A stretch of 64,000 nt of DNA from Octopus vulgaris (GCA_951406725.2 OX597823.1:33976001-34040000); one strand, 5' to 3'. Counted from the stretch's first letter, positions 12,949 to 26,503 are shown. The notes: generated from the sequence alone by a model not told the origin. Made by a program: numbers and translations.

Positions 12949-13462
12949 ATGTTTGTGTATGTGTGCAGGCATGTCTGCTATCATAAAAACTTTGCTTCCC
13001 AATCACATGGTTCTGTGTTCAGTTCCATTGCATGGTAACCTTGGGCAAGACCAAATCCCAGTGAGTGGATTTGGTAAACAGAAACAGAAAGATGTTCATC
13101 GTATGTATATTCTGAATGTGTGTGTGTGTGAGTGTGTGTGTGTGTATGTATGTGTGTGTGTGTGTGAGTGTGTATGTGTGTGAGGGTGTGTGTATCCATG
13201 TGTGTGTGTTCTTGCTTTGACACCACATGATGCTGTAAATGACCAATGCCACCATGCAAACTGAGTCCTTCATTCATGTTTGCTGTGAAAACATGTCTGG
13301 TCATAGGAAAATATTGCCTTACTTGGGAATTGGAAAGGTTTGGCAACAAGAGGAGCATCCAGCTATAGAAAACACCACCTTAATGAAAGTCCTTATTACT
13401 CATATTAGCAGGGAAAAGCAGAGATTAAGATTATAAGTAATATATAAAATGAACATATACAG

Positions 13463-13965
13463 CGGCAAAGTGGCTGAGTTCCTTTTGAGTTGGGCTTCAT
13501 GGGGGCAAAGTGGCTGAGTTCCTTTTGAGCATTGGGCCTCATGGAAGCAAAGTGGCTTTCAAGTTTTGGGCCTCATGGAGGTAAAGTGGCTGAGTTCCAT
13601 TCCAGTGTTGGGCCTCGTGGAAGCAAAGTGGGTGAGTTCCTTTCAAGTGTTGGGCCTCACAGAGGAAATGACTGAGACCTTTGACATCATGTTATACTTG
13701 AGAAGAAGACCCATCAAGCTGAGTAAAATTGCAGTCATAGCAGATACTGGTGTCATGCAAATGGCACCTGTGCTGGTGGCATGTAAAAGCACCCACTACA
13801 CTCTTGGAGGGGTTGGCACTAGGAAGGGCATCAGACCATAGAAAACCATGCCAAAGCAGACTGGTGTCTGGTGCAGCCATCTAGTTTACCAGTCCTGGTC
13901 AAACTATCCAACCCATGTTAGTATGGACAATGGATGTTAAATGATGATGATGATGATGATAATGA
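13463..13965 (+). mobile_element. RTE-derived short element with 5' array of about 42-bp units and (GAT)n tail
   Basis: About five GGGCCTCATGGAGGCAAAGTGGCTGAGTTCCTTT..GTGTT units, then the AAAAGCACCCACTACACTC...GGAAGGGCATC...CCAACCCATG...(GAT)n tail shared with the RTE 3' end at 62174-62910. Confidence 0.75.
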
Positions 13966-14080
13966 TATATATATCCTTTAAGTTCATTTATAGATACAGA
14001 CTATGGTCTTAAGAAATATATGATTAGTAGAAACGTGCATAGTGATGCATTAAAATATTTATAAATTCCATCCAAGGGTC

Positions 14081-14111
<31 letters not shown>

Positions 14112-14128
14112 GTGAAGAAAACAAAGGA

Positions 14129-14168
14129 CCACTGATGCGGTCACGGGAGTGTGATGAAAGAACTCTGG
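14129..14168 (+). ncRNA. Variant minimal hammerhead-like motif
   Basis: CCA CTGATGC G GTCAC-GGGAGT-GTGAT GAAA GAAC TC TGG: helices I and II pair; core has A9>C. Confidence 0.5.
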
Positions 14169-14342
14169 CTGAAATAAGATTAAGATTAATGTGAAAAATA
14201 AATAACACTGAAGCAAAATAACATCAAATATATAGTGCGTGTGTTTTTATTGGCTAAACTGGCAAAATGACCATTCCGAAATATAATATTATTATTATTA
14301 TTATATATGTGTATGTATACATATATATGTATATGTTTATAA

Positions 14343-14385
<43 letters not shown>

Positions 14386-15962
14386 TGTGTGTGTGTGTGT
14401 ATGAATGCATCTGTATTTAAAGGTATGTGAATAGCTAAGATGTATACCATTACTTAAGTTTTGCAATTACTCACTTGTAGACAGGTGTAAACATGAAACT
14501 CAGATGATGGCAAATGGCAGAACGGAATAAATATAATGACATCACACACCAACTACTTACTGAGTCAATTATTCTTTTGTTCATTTCAAACAATGTGTAT
14601 ATGTGTGTGTGTGTGTGTTCATATATGTGTGTATGTGTGTGTGTATACACACAACACACATGTCTGTGTTTTAAATGTGGTAATTTTGCACATGTACACA
14701 CAAGCATATACATACACATACACATACATGTATGCCTATCTTTTCAGCTATCTATATATATCTCTATATCTATCTCTAAACACACTCTCACACGCGTACA
14801 TACACACATACACACACATACATACATACATACTTATACGTGCACACACATCATCAACACATACATTATGTGTGTGTGTATATATGTATATGAAAGCGTG
14901 CATTACATATATATAGGTATACATATATACATACATACATACATACATACATACATACATACATACATACATACATACATACATACATACATACATACAA
15001 ATAAATATATATATATATATATTATAAAGAGAAGTCAAGTAATATAAAAATTAATTAATCACAAAACAACATACACACAATAAATATATTTAAAAAAATA
15101 TATAAAATAGCAGCTAAGACAATGTTAATTAAAAAGTTATTATAAGTGAAGAATAATGTCAATATAATACTAATTCTGAAATTGGTGAAAGAAAGAATTC
15201 TCTTGTAGACAACATCTAACTAATGAATTTTAACACATCTAATAAAAGACTGTAAAAAGCAGGTATTAGTTTCTGCCAGCATCACTTTAGAAAGATGATA
15301 CTCTTTCCAGCATCATCTTTAACTGGTTTTACTTTCTCTATTTCGTTTTACTTTCTTCTCTCTGTGGAATGGTTTTGCTTTGTTTGCGTGGTGTTTTTCT
15401 TTCATTCTTTGTCGTTTAATTCTTGCTGTTGGTTTGTTCCAACTTCAAAAAGCATCGAATGCAAGCAAAGGTTTTGTTTTCACATTGATTCAACAAGAAT
15501 GACATGAAAATTTACACACAACTATTGAGCACATGTGTGTGTGTGTGTGTGCACGTGCGCGTGTGTCTGTGTTTATGTGTGTGTGCGTGTGTTTGTGTTT
15601 ATGTGTGTGTGTATGTTTGTGTGTGTATTTGTGTGTGTGTGTATGTATGTTTGTGTGTCTGTTTGTGTATGTGTGTGTTTGTGTGTTTGTGTGTGTATCT
15701 TTGTGTATGTGTGTGTTTGTGTGTGTATGTGTGTGTGCATGGGACTAAGAAGCTCGCTTTGCAACAAAGTAGGTTCAGGTTCAGTCCCACTGCACAGCAC
15801 CTTTCGCAAATAAATGTCTTCTACAATTAACCGGTGTCTTGTGAGTGAATTCGGTAGATGGCAACTGCATGGAAGCTTATTATCACTAGCCTGTGAAAGA
15901 GTGCACCATCCGAATGTGGGTGATACTAGTGTCACTTTGACTAGCTTCTGTGCTGGTGTCAC

Positions 15963-16362
15963 ATAAAAAGCACCATCCAATCACGGTCGATGGCAGCTCT
16001 TCTGGCCCCTGTACCGGTGGCATGTAAAAAGTGCCCACAACACTCTCAGAGTGGTTAGCGTTAAGAAGGGTATCCAGCTCTAGAAACACTACCTAGATCA
16101 GATTGGGGCCTGGTGGAGCCACCTGGCTTCCCAGACCCCAGTCAAACCATCCAACCCATGTCAGCAACGAAAATGGACGTTAAACTTTGATGATGATGAT
16201 ATATATATATATATATCATCATCATCAAAGTTTAACGTTTCTAGAGCTGGATGCCCTTCTTAACGCTAACCACTCTGAGAGTGTTGTGGGCACTTTTTAC
16301 ATGCCACCGGTACAGGGGCCAGAAGAGCTGCCATCGACCGTGATTGGATGGTGCTTTTTATA
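15963..16362. repeat. Recent inverted duplication of an RTE 3'-tail copy, centred on (TA)n
   Basis: 15963-16087 is the near-exact reverse complement of about 16237-16361 (one mismatch seen), and 16177-16200 mirrors 16215-16238; about 90 bp is missing from the second arm. Confidence 0.92.
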
Positions 16363-17269
16363 GGATAAACTTACATGGAAAAGGATGCATGCCATTGAAT
16401 CATATAAAAATATAAATAATATATATATATATATATATATATATTTATGCATATATACATACATATGTGTACATACGCATATATGGGTACATACGAAATA
16501 ATGGAACACAAACTTTTATTGTGAACAACGAAAGAAACAAATGACAAAAAAGACAAGTAACATAAAGAATGACCCTTTATAAGTTGTCGGCTCTTTTATC
16601 TACTCCACGTTTTGAATTCAATGAGTTAGATGTGATCTTTATTCAATACTTAATGCATACAAACATGCTGCTTAAGTTTCATGTTGAAAGCTCCATCTGC
16701 ACCTTATTTAGAACACAATACTTCATCAGGCACAACGAAAACATGGCTAATTTTCAATAAAGCCACAAATAACAAGAACTAAGAAGAGTATGCTTTATAA
16801 GAAAGCTAGAGATAGCAAAAGGGACATAATTCTTTTATTGTCAGTTGAGTAATGCCACCTTTGGTCAATATGCATTTTGGGGTAAAATTATATTTGAGAA
16901 TATTCAGAACAATTCAAGAACGGATATTAAACCATATTTGTCATAGATGGCATGCTCTGTGGATGTAAAGTGAGATAATTTTATATATGAAATGTGTTGT
17001 TCAAACTGGGTTTGGGTGAAAAACAAACGCAAGGGAATTTGTTGTGGTTTATGTTTATCTGTGAAAACTATAATTTGGAAGTACTGAATGATCCTGACCA
17101 GCACCTAACTTAAATGAAGATGTGAAATATGTCTATTTATATAAGAAGATGTTGAGTGTGCCCTTGCGTAGATGTTATCCTAGCTGATTATTATGCAGGG
17201 TTAGGCAGAATTTTTTAATGACTGGTATTTGTCAGTATGGGAATATTGATTAAAGCAATGTATGCAGTT

Positions 17270-18300
17270 GCCAGAGCTTTTGACTTGTCTGCTGTGCAAA
17301 AACTAATATTTCCTTGCTTTGTTGATGTATATTTTGTTCTTATGGGAATTTGCCACTTTATTTTGTAATCTGTTTTAGACTCTCTCAGACTCCAAATATA
17401 GCTGGGCTGTTGTGTGGAAGTCTGTCAACACATCTGAAGGAAGTGTCATGGTTATGAAACCTTTGCTTGAACTTACTCTCAACCATACCTCTGCACTGTT
17501 TCTTCTCAGGTGATGGGTATAAAATCGTGGCAGTAACTTTGACTTTATACATCAATACTTCCATGATCTAGTATAAGAACATTGCAATTCCTTTACATGA
17601 CCTGGTCTTAGAGGTACATTTCAGTTCTCCTGTATGAACAGCCTTAAAATAGGATGGTTGATTGATTTGTGGTGAATAGCACTTCATGTTAGAGAAACAA
17701 CTGTAGCTGGTTTTGATACAACTTCTGATATAAATCTTCCTGTGTATACAAGTTTCTGGAAAATTCATATCAAGAACGATTTAAAACTTCTTAACTTCAT
17801 TAATCTTAAAGTTAATGATAAAAACAAAAATGAAAAATAAAAAAAAGAACAACAACAAACCAAGAAACGTGTCTGGGTCTGTTCCTGGATCATGCAGGTT
17901 GTGTAATAAGAATGAAAGAAATACTTTCATCACAACCATTAGGTAGTAGTGCACTGCTTTCTTTCTACTAATGTTATTGATTAGATTTCTAAAGACGAAA
18001 GCAGGATGTTTAGAGTGTTTCGTTTTTATATCTTACTTTCTCAATCTGTTTATGGAAAGAGTTCTAAGTATTTGATTCTAAACTGAAAAGTCTGTGAAGT
18101 CTGAGTAAGAGAATTTGGCGGCTACAGTAATTTAAAATGCTAAATTATTGACTGACTACAAGGTTCTTTGTGGAGGTATCTCAAGTCTGTGACTGCCACT
18201 ATGATGGAATACAGCCAAATTACTATCTTGGTGGAATTTGATACTGCAGTTAGTAAACTTACTATTTAATAGGTCCAGTAGACCATCTAGATCCCATATG
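17270..18300 (-). mobile_element. Penelope-like retroelement remnant (RT, linker, GIY-YIG region; highly decayed)
   Basis: Minus-strand peptides in PLE order: MGS..LLDLLNSK..IKFHQDSNLAV (YRDDGL equivalent), SKHPAFVFRNL, FPETCIHRKIYIRSCIKTSYSCFSNM, SYIWSLRESKTDYKIKWQI. Many stops and frameshifts. Confidence 0.72.
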
Positions 18301-18844
18301 TCTGTGCTCTTGTATGAGATATGCCAGCACAATGTGTTCTGTGATGTACCAACAGAAAATATCAGGACACCATATATTTCTCAGTTTTCAATTTATTCAC
18401 AGCAGATTTAATCACAATAAAGCTTTTTCCCCCTCCAGTCAGCTTCAATCCAACAGATCTGTAGTCAAATGTATTTCATCTGTACCCATCCTTTCATCCT
18501 TCTTTGAATTAGATAAAATGTTTTATGGCACTGTATTATCAAAGGTTAAGATTTGAAGAAGATTGGTCTGCTAGTTCTACCATGTAAGAGATTCTTTCAC
18601 TGGCTTGCCATAATAATGGAAACTGCATGCACTCTTTCACTGGCTTGTGATAATAAGCTTCCATGCAGTTGCCATCTACCGAATTCACTCACAAGACACT
18701 GGTTAACCCAGGATAATTGTGGAAGACATTTATTTGCGAAAGGTGCTGTGCAGTGGGACTGAACCTGAAGCTTCTTAGTTACACACACACATACACAAAC
18801 ACACACATACACAAACACACACATACACATGCACAAAAAACACA

Positions 18845-19175
18845 CCCAAGCGCAAAATGATGGTGTACAATGGTGTAGTTGTGTCTCCCTGTTGTATGGA
18901 TGTGAGACGTAGACCCTGTGCTGCCATGACCAGAAGAAACTTGAACAATTCCATCAAAAGAAACTTCAGTCTCTCTTGAATGTTGAATGGGAAGACTCTG
19001 TTACCAACATTGATTTACAAAAGAGAGCAGGACAAATTAACATGGAAGCTACAATCATCAAGGACCACCTCAGATGGGTCCCAAAGATAATCCAATTTGG
19101 GGAATTAAGCAATGAGAGATGCCCTCATAGACACATCCTGCAACACTACAAAAGCCAATGGAAGAAAACTCTGAA
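18845..19175 (+). mobile_element. RTE/BovB-like LINE remnant, region C-terminal to RT
   Basis: Frame-shifted KMMVYNGVVV, LLYGCET*T, KKLEQFHQKKLQSLLNVEWEDSVTN and HLRW motifs. Confidence 0.75.
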
Positions 19176-19182
19176 GATTATG

Positions 19183-19425
<243 letters not shown>

Positions 19426-19517
19426 TTGATAAAAACGGTAAGATAACAAAAGAAAGAAAGAGACCTTGATATTATGTAAATTGAGGAATTTATCTATAAA
19501 TGTAATATGTGACAATT

Positions 19518-19576
19518 ATAACTGAAGAGATGGTGGCATGGATTTCCACTTTGGCATCTGAAACTCGGAGTTTTAT
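19518..19576 (+). ncRNA. Type I hammerhead ribozyme motif on the PDE8 sense strand
   Basis: ATAA CTGAAGA GATG...CATC T GAAA CTCGGAG TT TTAT: helix I AUAA/UUAU, intact core, near-palindromic helix III, GUU triplet; bracketed by the short inverted repeat acaattat/ataattgt. Confidence 0.7.
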
Positions 19577-20082
19577 CTTGGCTACCGAATAATTGTTTAT
19601 ATATATATGTATATATATCCAATCATAGAACACAAAAAACTAGACGAAGTAAACAAACATAAACAGTGAAATGAAAATGTTTTCTTCGACCGATACATTT
19701 TTTTTCTAAAGAAATAACTCTTTTTCTAGAAATCTTCATAAAACAATTTCTCCCCCTTATCCCCTTATCCTAAAGTGAAAATATATAAAGTAGAAAGTGT
19801 GAAATCAGCTACAACATGCCCTAACATGTAACAATATGATGAACATGTGGTGCTAATCATTATGAGATATTACAAGCTGGAGCATGTAACTTATCAAATA
19901 CTTTCTTTGTACTGCAACTAAACACAATCATACATATATACACACAGATCCACAAATAATCAAAAAATGGTTTTATGTTACCAATTTCATATTTGATGAA
20001 AGCTATCTTTCTTGGATATAAATATATATGCATGTATGTATAGATATCTGCATGTATACATATCTATCTATCTATCTATCTA

Positions 20083-20155
<73 letters not shown>

Positions 20156-20158
<3 letters not shown>

Positions 20159-21015
20159 TGTGCAATGGTTAAAGTGTCTCCTTTAATATTTTTAATTTCA
20201 CATATGCACAGAGTATAGTAGGGTCAGTTGGGCACCATCCATGTATAAAACAGTACCATGATGCAATTTACTCTGTCAGAAATTTGGAAATGACATGCTG
20301 TACTGCTTGGCATTTGCACTGGAAGATCCAATATGAACAGATGGTGAACACATAGAACAACCATTGGCTTGCTGTGTCACCAAAATATGTACCAAGGGTG
20401 CTAAAAATCAAACATCCAATCAGCATTATGGTGTTCAGAGTGATCACTAGTGATGACAACATTATGCCTCCATTCATTTTCCCACACAGCCTCACACTCC
20501 ACATAGAGAGCTCCATCAAGTGCCTGGAAGAGGTAGTGCTGCCCTGGGTCAAGAGGGTGGCTGCTGGAACACCCTATGTCTGGCAACAGGACTCTGCCTC
20601 ATTCCACACAAGCAGGAGAACCCAGTCATGGTTGTCAGATAATTTCTGCGACCACATCACTCCTAACATCTGGACACCTAACTCCCCAGACTGCAACCCC
20701 CTTGATTATTATATGTGGGGTGCAGTTGAATGAGAGACCAACAAAACTCCTTGTAACACCAAAGATAAACTGAAGGCAAGGATTATGGTAGCATTTACCA
20801 ACTTAAACATGGAGACCATCCAGAAGAGTTGCAGGAGATTGCAAAGTTGTCTGTAGCCTGTGGTTGAAGCTAATGGCGATTTTATGGAATAAATTTACTC
20901 TTTAGTATTTCAAGATATTTTAATGTAATTTTGCTAAATATATCTGTTAAAATGAGATGTCAGTATTATTTTCATTTTTGCGTAATTTTGATGACAATGT
21001 GTTCACCACACCCTG
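20156..21015 (+). mobile_element. Tc1/mariner superfamily DD37D (maT-type) transposon, internally deleted
   Basis: ORF 20374-20733 has YVWQQDSA...WTPNSPDCNPLDY with 37 residues between the second and third catalytic Asp; ends CAGTGTG.../...CACCCTG are diverged TIRs next to TA-rich sequence. Confidence 0.88.
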
Positions 21016-21049
21016 TTTATATATACATATACTTCTTCAAAAGTTAAAA

Positions 21050-21320
21050 GGAGGAATAATCTGCCCTGACCACAAGGGAGGAAGCAGAGCAGACACTATA
21101 AACAACAGACTTATCTCTCTGACCTCACATGTCAACAAGATCATGGAACTCATTGTTAGAAAAGACCGACCACATTCCTAGAGGAAAATGACTTGCTTAC
21201 AGACACGCAACATGGTTTCCGTCCTGGGCGGAGCTGCCTAACACAGCTGCTACAGCACTTTGACTGAATGCTAAAACAACAATTCAGCCATTCAAATGTG
21301 GATGTGATATATCTCGATTT
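21050..21320 (+). mobile_element. CR1-type LINE, RT N-terminal fragment
   Basis: HKGGSR...RLISLTSHVNKIME, then FLEENDLLTDTQHGFRPGRSCLTQLL and VDVIYLD after a frameshift. Confidence 0.85.
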
Positions 21321-21469
21321 ATATATATAAACATATATATATATCTATATATATAAAACTGAGAATGTGTGTCTGTTTGTCTGTCTGTCTGTGTCCTTGT
21401 GAGTGTATTTGGTAGATGGAAATTAAAAGAAGCCCATCATATATATATATATACATATATATATATAAT

Positions 21470-21519
<50 letters not shown>

Positions 21520-21542
21520 TATATATACACACATATATATAC

Positions 21543-21589
<47 letters not shown>

Positions 21590-23910
21590 GTGTGTGTTTG
21601 TGTGTCTGTGCTTGTCCCCCACACCATGGCTTGACAACCGATGTTTGTGTGTTTAGATCCTGTAAATTAGAAATTTGTCAAAAGAAACTGATAGAATAAG
21701 TCTCACAAAGAATAAGTCCTGGGGTTGATTTGCTCGACTAAAGGCGGTGCTCCAGCATGGCCACAGTCAAATGTCTGAAAGAAATAAAAGAAAAAATATA
21801 TGTATGTACACACACACACACATGCACATACACACGTATATATACATATATGCATTATATATGTACACACACACACACATATGTATATATATGTACACAT
21901 ATACATATATATCCTATACAGAACACACCTGTGATATCTGCCAGGTGTGTACACCAATGATATATTGTCTATTATTCTAACTACTCAACTTTTTTTGTCA
22001 CTAAGCACTGGACAAACATGTTTATCTTTACATTGACATATTTTCATAGATTTTATTTATTTGGTGTCTGGTTCTGCTATTTTGTATTAACTTTTTCATT
22101 TTGGTATTTTGGTATTTTATTTGATGTCTTACCTGTACAGCAGCAACATTGCCTCAGGTAAAACTCGTTAAGAAAATGTCAGTTTACAGGATTTGTTCCA
22201 ATATGAGATGTCAAACGATATTCCGATAAAGTTTATCTTTGTCATTTAACTCGGTCTTTGATGAGTTAAGACTGGAGGAAGCATATTTGCCAACATGGAC
22301 AGTGGACGGTCAGTGCAGTCAGACTTATTGTCTTGAATATGTAGAGACTGTGACGTACAACTGCTGTATGGTACTTTGATGCAAAGGAAAGATATGCTGT
22401 GATGAAACACCAGGTGGAAATCTTTTGAAAGAGGTGGCCAAATACCATGACATCTAGCAGAGGTTAGATGACGAGAAATATTCCAAATGCTATGTGCTAC
22501 TGTTCAACAGATCAATACAGACCATAACGGTATATTGGTGATGGTGGTGGCAGTGGCAGTCATAAGTTGGTCTAGTTTATTTAGGTTTGCAGAATATTTC
22601 AAATTCTATAACAGTATATAGAGGGGAGAGAGAGAGAGAGAAGTCCAGGGGTGTTTAAAAATGAAGTAAATATTACATAACATAGTGAGAGGAGAGGATG
22701 AAGAGAGAAAGAGAGGAGAGAGAGGGATAAAAAGAGATGCTTGGGAGCAGAGATGGATCACCAAAATGTGAAATGCAAGAAGCTAAATAATTATAATTCT
22801 TGATGATTCTATGTTGTTAATGAAGTAATAGAGAATGGCATGGATATTCTTGGAGAAGTTTAAAAGACCTTTTAGGACTGCTTTTGTGTGGCTGAAATTG
22901 TGTTTTGTGTCTTTTTAAGATGGGAAAATGATAAATGTCGATTTTTTTATTGAGGAGGATTAGTTAGGATTTCCAATAAGAAGTGAGTGGTGATGTCAAG
23001 TTTGGGAGTAGAGGTTACTATGACTGTTGGTATTAATGTTCCAGCTTATTTTGTAACCTTACCACCATCACCACCACCACCACCATCATCATTGTCTTTA
23101 TCATCATCATCACCATTATCATCATCGTTATCTCCAGCAGTTTTTCCTCACTTTTATTTATCAGCCTGGTTGTTACGGTGTTGAGCTCACATAAAGTCAT
23201 GGTTCAGTTCCTTGACTAGGCACTGTATTGACTAGTAATCTGGACATTCTGAGATATTTGTGTGAAAGTTTGCCAGACTAGAATTAATATTCTAAATATT
23301 TTGCATAATGGTATTTTATTTTAGTGTTCTTTCAAGCATGTATAATAATTCAATTTTAGTTTGACCAGCTTTCACACTAACCAGCAAATGGTTTGTTTTC
23401 TGATTTTTGTATCAGAACAAGCATTTTTCGCAAAAAATCCAGGTTATTCATCTCTGAGGAGACCAAATCAACTTGAAACATGTGATTTTCTGGTATTCTG
23501 AGTGAAGTCGTGTGTTTTGAACATGCATGATACACATGATGTCATAAACACACTGGTGTTATAATCTAGGGTTACTTCAAGTGTTTTCTATTTCTATCAC
23601 CTTTCCACGTTTTGCATCTACCTTCTTCTCATTTTTTCTCATGATTTCTCTTGTTCTATTGACCTGATTTGTAACTTGTATAGGCCATGTGCTCAGAGCG
23701 CAAAGATTGCTTGGAGACATTAGGTGTGTTATTAAAGCCTGCCTAGAAAACGTCTCCAATGTATGAAACGATTAGTAGCTCATAACTATATACTGTGTGT
23801 GTTAAGCAATATTTATATCTCAGGTGATGGAGTATTTTCTTTTATGATCTTACCTTAATGGAAAAGTAAACAAAGTATGTATGTATGCATGCATGTATGT
23901 ATGTGTATAT

Positions 23911-23942
<32 letters not shown>

Positions 23943-24166
23943 TTAATGTCCACTCTCCATCCTAGCATAGGTGAGACAGTTTGACTGGAGCTGATGAGCC
24001 AGAGAGCTGCACCAGGTTCCAGTTTGATTAGGCACGGTTTCTACAGCTGGATGCTCTTCCTGATGTCAAACACTCCAGGAGTGTAATGGGTGCTTTTACA
24101 TGCCATTGGTACACGTACCATTTATATGACACCAGCAATGATTAATGTGTGGCACATATATACATA

Positions 24167-24672
24167 TCTATATATATAAAACTCTAGTTGTGTGAGTGTC
24201 TGCCCCCTTCGATTTAGATTCCTAACTCCTCCCATATTTTGCGGTGCAGTTTAACCAAATTCGGGTATCTTATAGTCGTGATTCATATCGAGCCCGTCTG
24301 ACTATTAGCGCGCGTCAACGATGAGTCTACGATTTTAAAAATAATTTAACATCATTTTTTATTCCATTTTAATGCATAAAATGCATCGTATGTCGATGGC
24401 GGCGGAGTTGGCGTCCACGCTCACAGCTGCACCTGTTTGCTTCTCCCCCTTCCCTCCCTCGTGAAGCTGTGGGGAAGGGAGTGTAAAGAAATCAACGACG
24501 TAATGTGTTGTGAAGGAAACCAGCGTTCTTTTAGAACAACGACTTCATGGCTTGAAGACACCAAAACAAAAATGGCTAAGAAAGCCCGAATTTATAAGGG
24601 AAGTAACTCTCTAAAAATGCTTATATAGTTATTTCCCTTACAAACCCGAGCAACGCCGGGCGATACTGCTAG
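24167..24672 (+). mobile_element. Non-autonomous Helitron-type element (506 bp)
   Basis: Starts TC, ends CTAG, inserted between A and T with no TSD; subterminal hairpin CCCGAGCAACGCCGGG at 24645-24660; CpG-rich relative to flanks, suggesting a young copy. Confidence 0.85.
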
Positions 24673-25147
24673 TATATATATAAAATTATAGATAGTTTAT
24701 TACAATGTGTGTGTGTGTGTATGCATGTGTGTATGTATATGTATGTTTATATATAAATATATATATATAATATACATATATACACACACTTGCACACACA
24801 TACACCCATGCTAGTATGGAAAAATAGATGTAAAGCAAAGGCTTCATGCTAGATCTGCCAAGTGTTGAAAATAAAAATTTTCCCTCTCCCATCAATATCT
24901 AACCCTCAGATCCACACCTAACACTTCCCAAGAAATATTAACAGCAACATTATCCTCAGAATTTTTCACTATCATGAAGAACTTGATAACTTGAAATTTA
25001 AGACAAACAATTCTAATATTTTTCTGCTAAATTTCCAAAATACCTCATTCTGTGTGATACTTAAAAATAAAAAGTCGGTTTTCTAAGAAATTCTCTGGAA
25101 GTTTAAACACGAAGATTATAAATTTCTTTTGTTTATTTCCTTTGCAG

Positions 25148-25207
25148 AAGCATGCACCAGATGAAATCCAGTGAAAACTCAGTATTTTTAGCAGTTACCA
25201 AAAAATG
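25148..25207 (+). CDS. PDE8: PDE8 coding exon B (60 nt, REC domain)
   Basis: Acceptor tttgtttatttcctttgcag|A, donor TG|gtaagt; phase 2-2, continuing exon A. Encodes (R)SMHQMKSSENSVFLAVTKK(C), equivalent to PDE8A SIRSSKLSENTVIVGVVRR. Absent from the ORF track. Confidence 0.92.
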
Positions 25208-25605
25208 GTAAGTGAAGATGTGAAAACTATTGTCTACATTGGAAAGCTGGTTGTCAAAAATAACTTTTATGTTGAATATATATTTAGCTTTACTTTGAAA
25301 TGTATTCTTTCTGTATGTTGTCATCATTGTTTGTTGCATTGTAATAGAGAGAATTAATGTTATAAAGAATTTAATGTTACAAAACTAACTCAAAGTTCAG
25401 TGGATTTCTTTAATGCTATATTTTCTCTATGTCTCATGATATCAAACTAGAATTCTCTGTTTACTCCATGTTCACACTTTTCATATAACATGTATAATAT
25501 ATAATCTACCATAACATGTCATTGCTAATCTACTCTGGGTATATGGCTAAACTGAAGACCTGTATTGCAACAGCCATATATAAATATAAATATATATTTA
25601 TATAT

Positions 25606-26114
25606 GGGCCTGACAGAGGCAAAGTGGTTGAGTTCCTCTTGAGTGGTAGGCCTGACGGAGGCACAGTGGCTGGGTTCTTTTCAAGTGTAGGGCCTCATAG
25701 AGGCAAAGTAGCTGAGTTCCACTCGAGTGTTGGGCCTGACAAAAGCAAAGTAGCTGAGTTCCTTTCAAGTGTTGGGCTTGACAGAGGCAATAACCAAGAG
25801 CTTTGGCATCGTGTCATGCTTAAGATGAAGGCTCATCAAGCTGAGCAAAATCACAGTCATATCAGATACTAGTGTCACACAAATTGGCACCTGTGCAGGT
25901 GGCATATAAACACACCCAACTGTCACACAAATGGCATATACAAGCACCCATTACAGCATTACACTCACGGAGTGGTTGGCATTAGGAAGGGCATCCAGCC
26001 ATAGAAAACGATGCCAAATCAGACTGGAGTCTGGTGCAGCCTTCCAGCATGTCAGCCCTATCAAACCGTCCAACCCATGCCAGCATAGACAACAGACGAT
26101 AAATGATGATGATG

Positions 26115-26116
<2 letters not shown>
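25606..26116 (+). mobile_element. Second RTE-derived short element with 42-bp tandem units and (GAT)n tail
   Basis: Same architecture as 13463-13965; the units read GPDRGKVAEFLSSV in ORF 25516-25872. Confidence 0.75.
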
Positions 26117-26166
<50 letters not shown>

Positions 26167-26184
26167 GTATACAAACACGCACAC

Positions 26185-26262
<78 letters not shown>

Positions 26263-26269
26263 ATGTATT

Positions 26270-26302
<33 letters not shown>

Positions 26303-26503
26303 GTATGTATATGTATTTATATATATATATATATATATATACAGGTGCAGGAATGGCTGTGTGGTAAGAAGCTTGCTTTCCAACCATATGGTTCTGGGTC
26401 ACTCCTACTGTATGACACCTTGAACAAGTGTCTTGCATTATAGCCTCTAGCCGACCAAAGCCTTGTGAGTGGATTTGGTAGATGGAAACTGAAGGAATCC
26501 CGT

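Noticed and set aside
13463-13700. CRISPR-like appearance of regular repeats (also 25606-25790, 54890-55210, 60678-60860)
   Set aside because: Units are contiguous or separated by low-complexity sequence, with no unique spacers and no cas genes, in a eukaryotic intron.
14514-15047. Long ORFs rich in YI, HT, VC or SL dipeptides (also 19105-19515, 25931-26443, 31011-31363 and many others)
   Set aside because: Translations of (TA)n, (CA)n, (TG)n, (CT)n and (TACA)n microsatellites, which lack stop codons in some frames.
22246-22605. Selenoprotein reading of the minus-strand frame with one in-frame TGA after Cys
   Set aside because: No recognisable selenoprotein homology or SECIS, and the peptide does not look protein-like.
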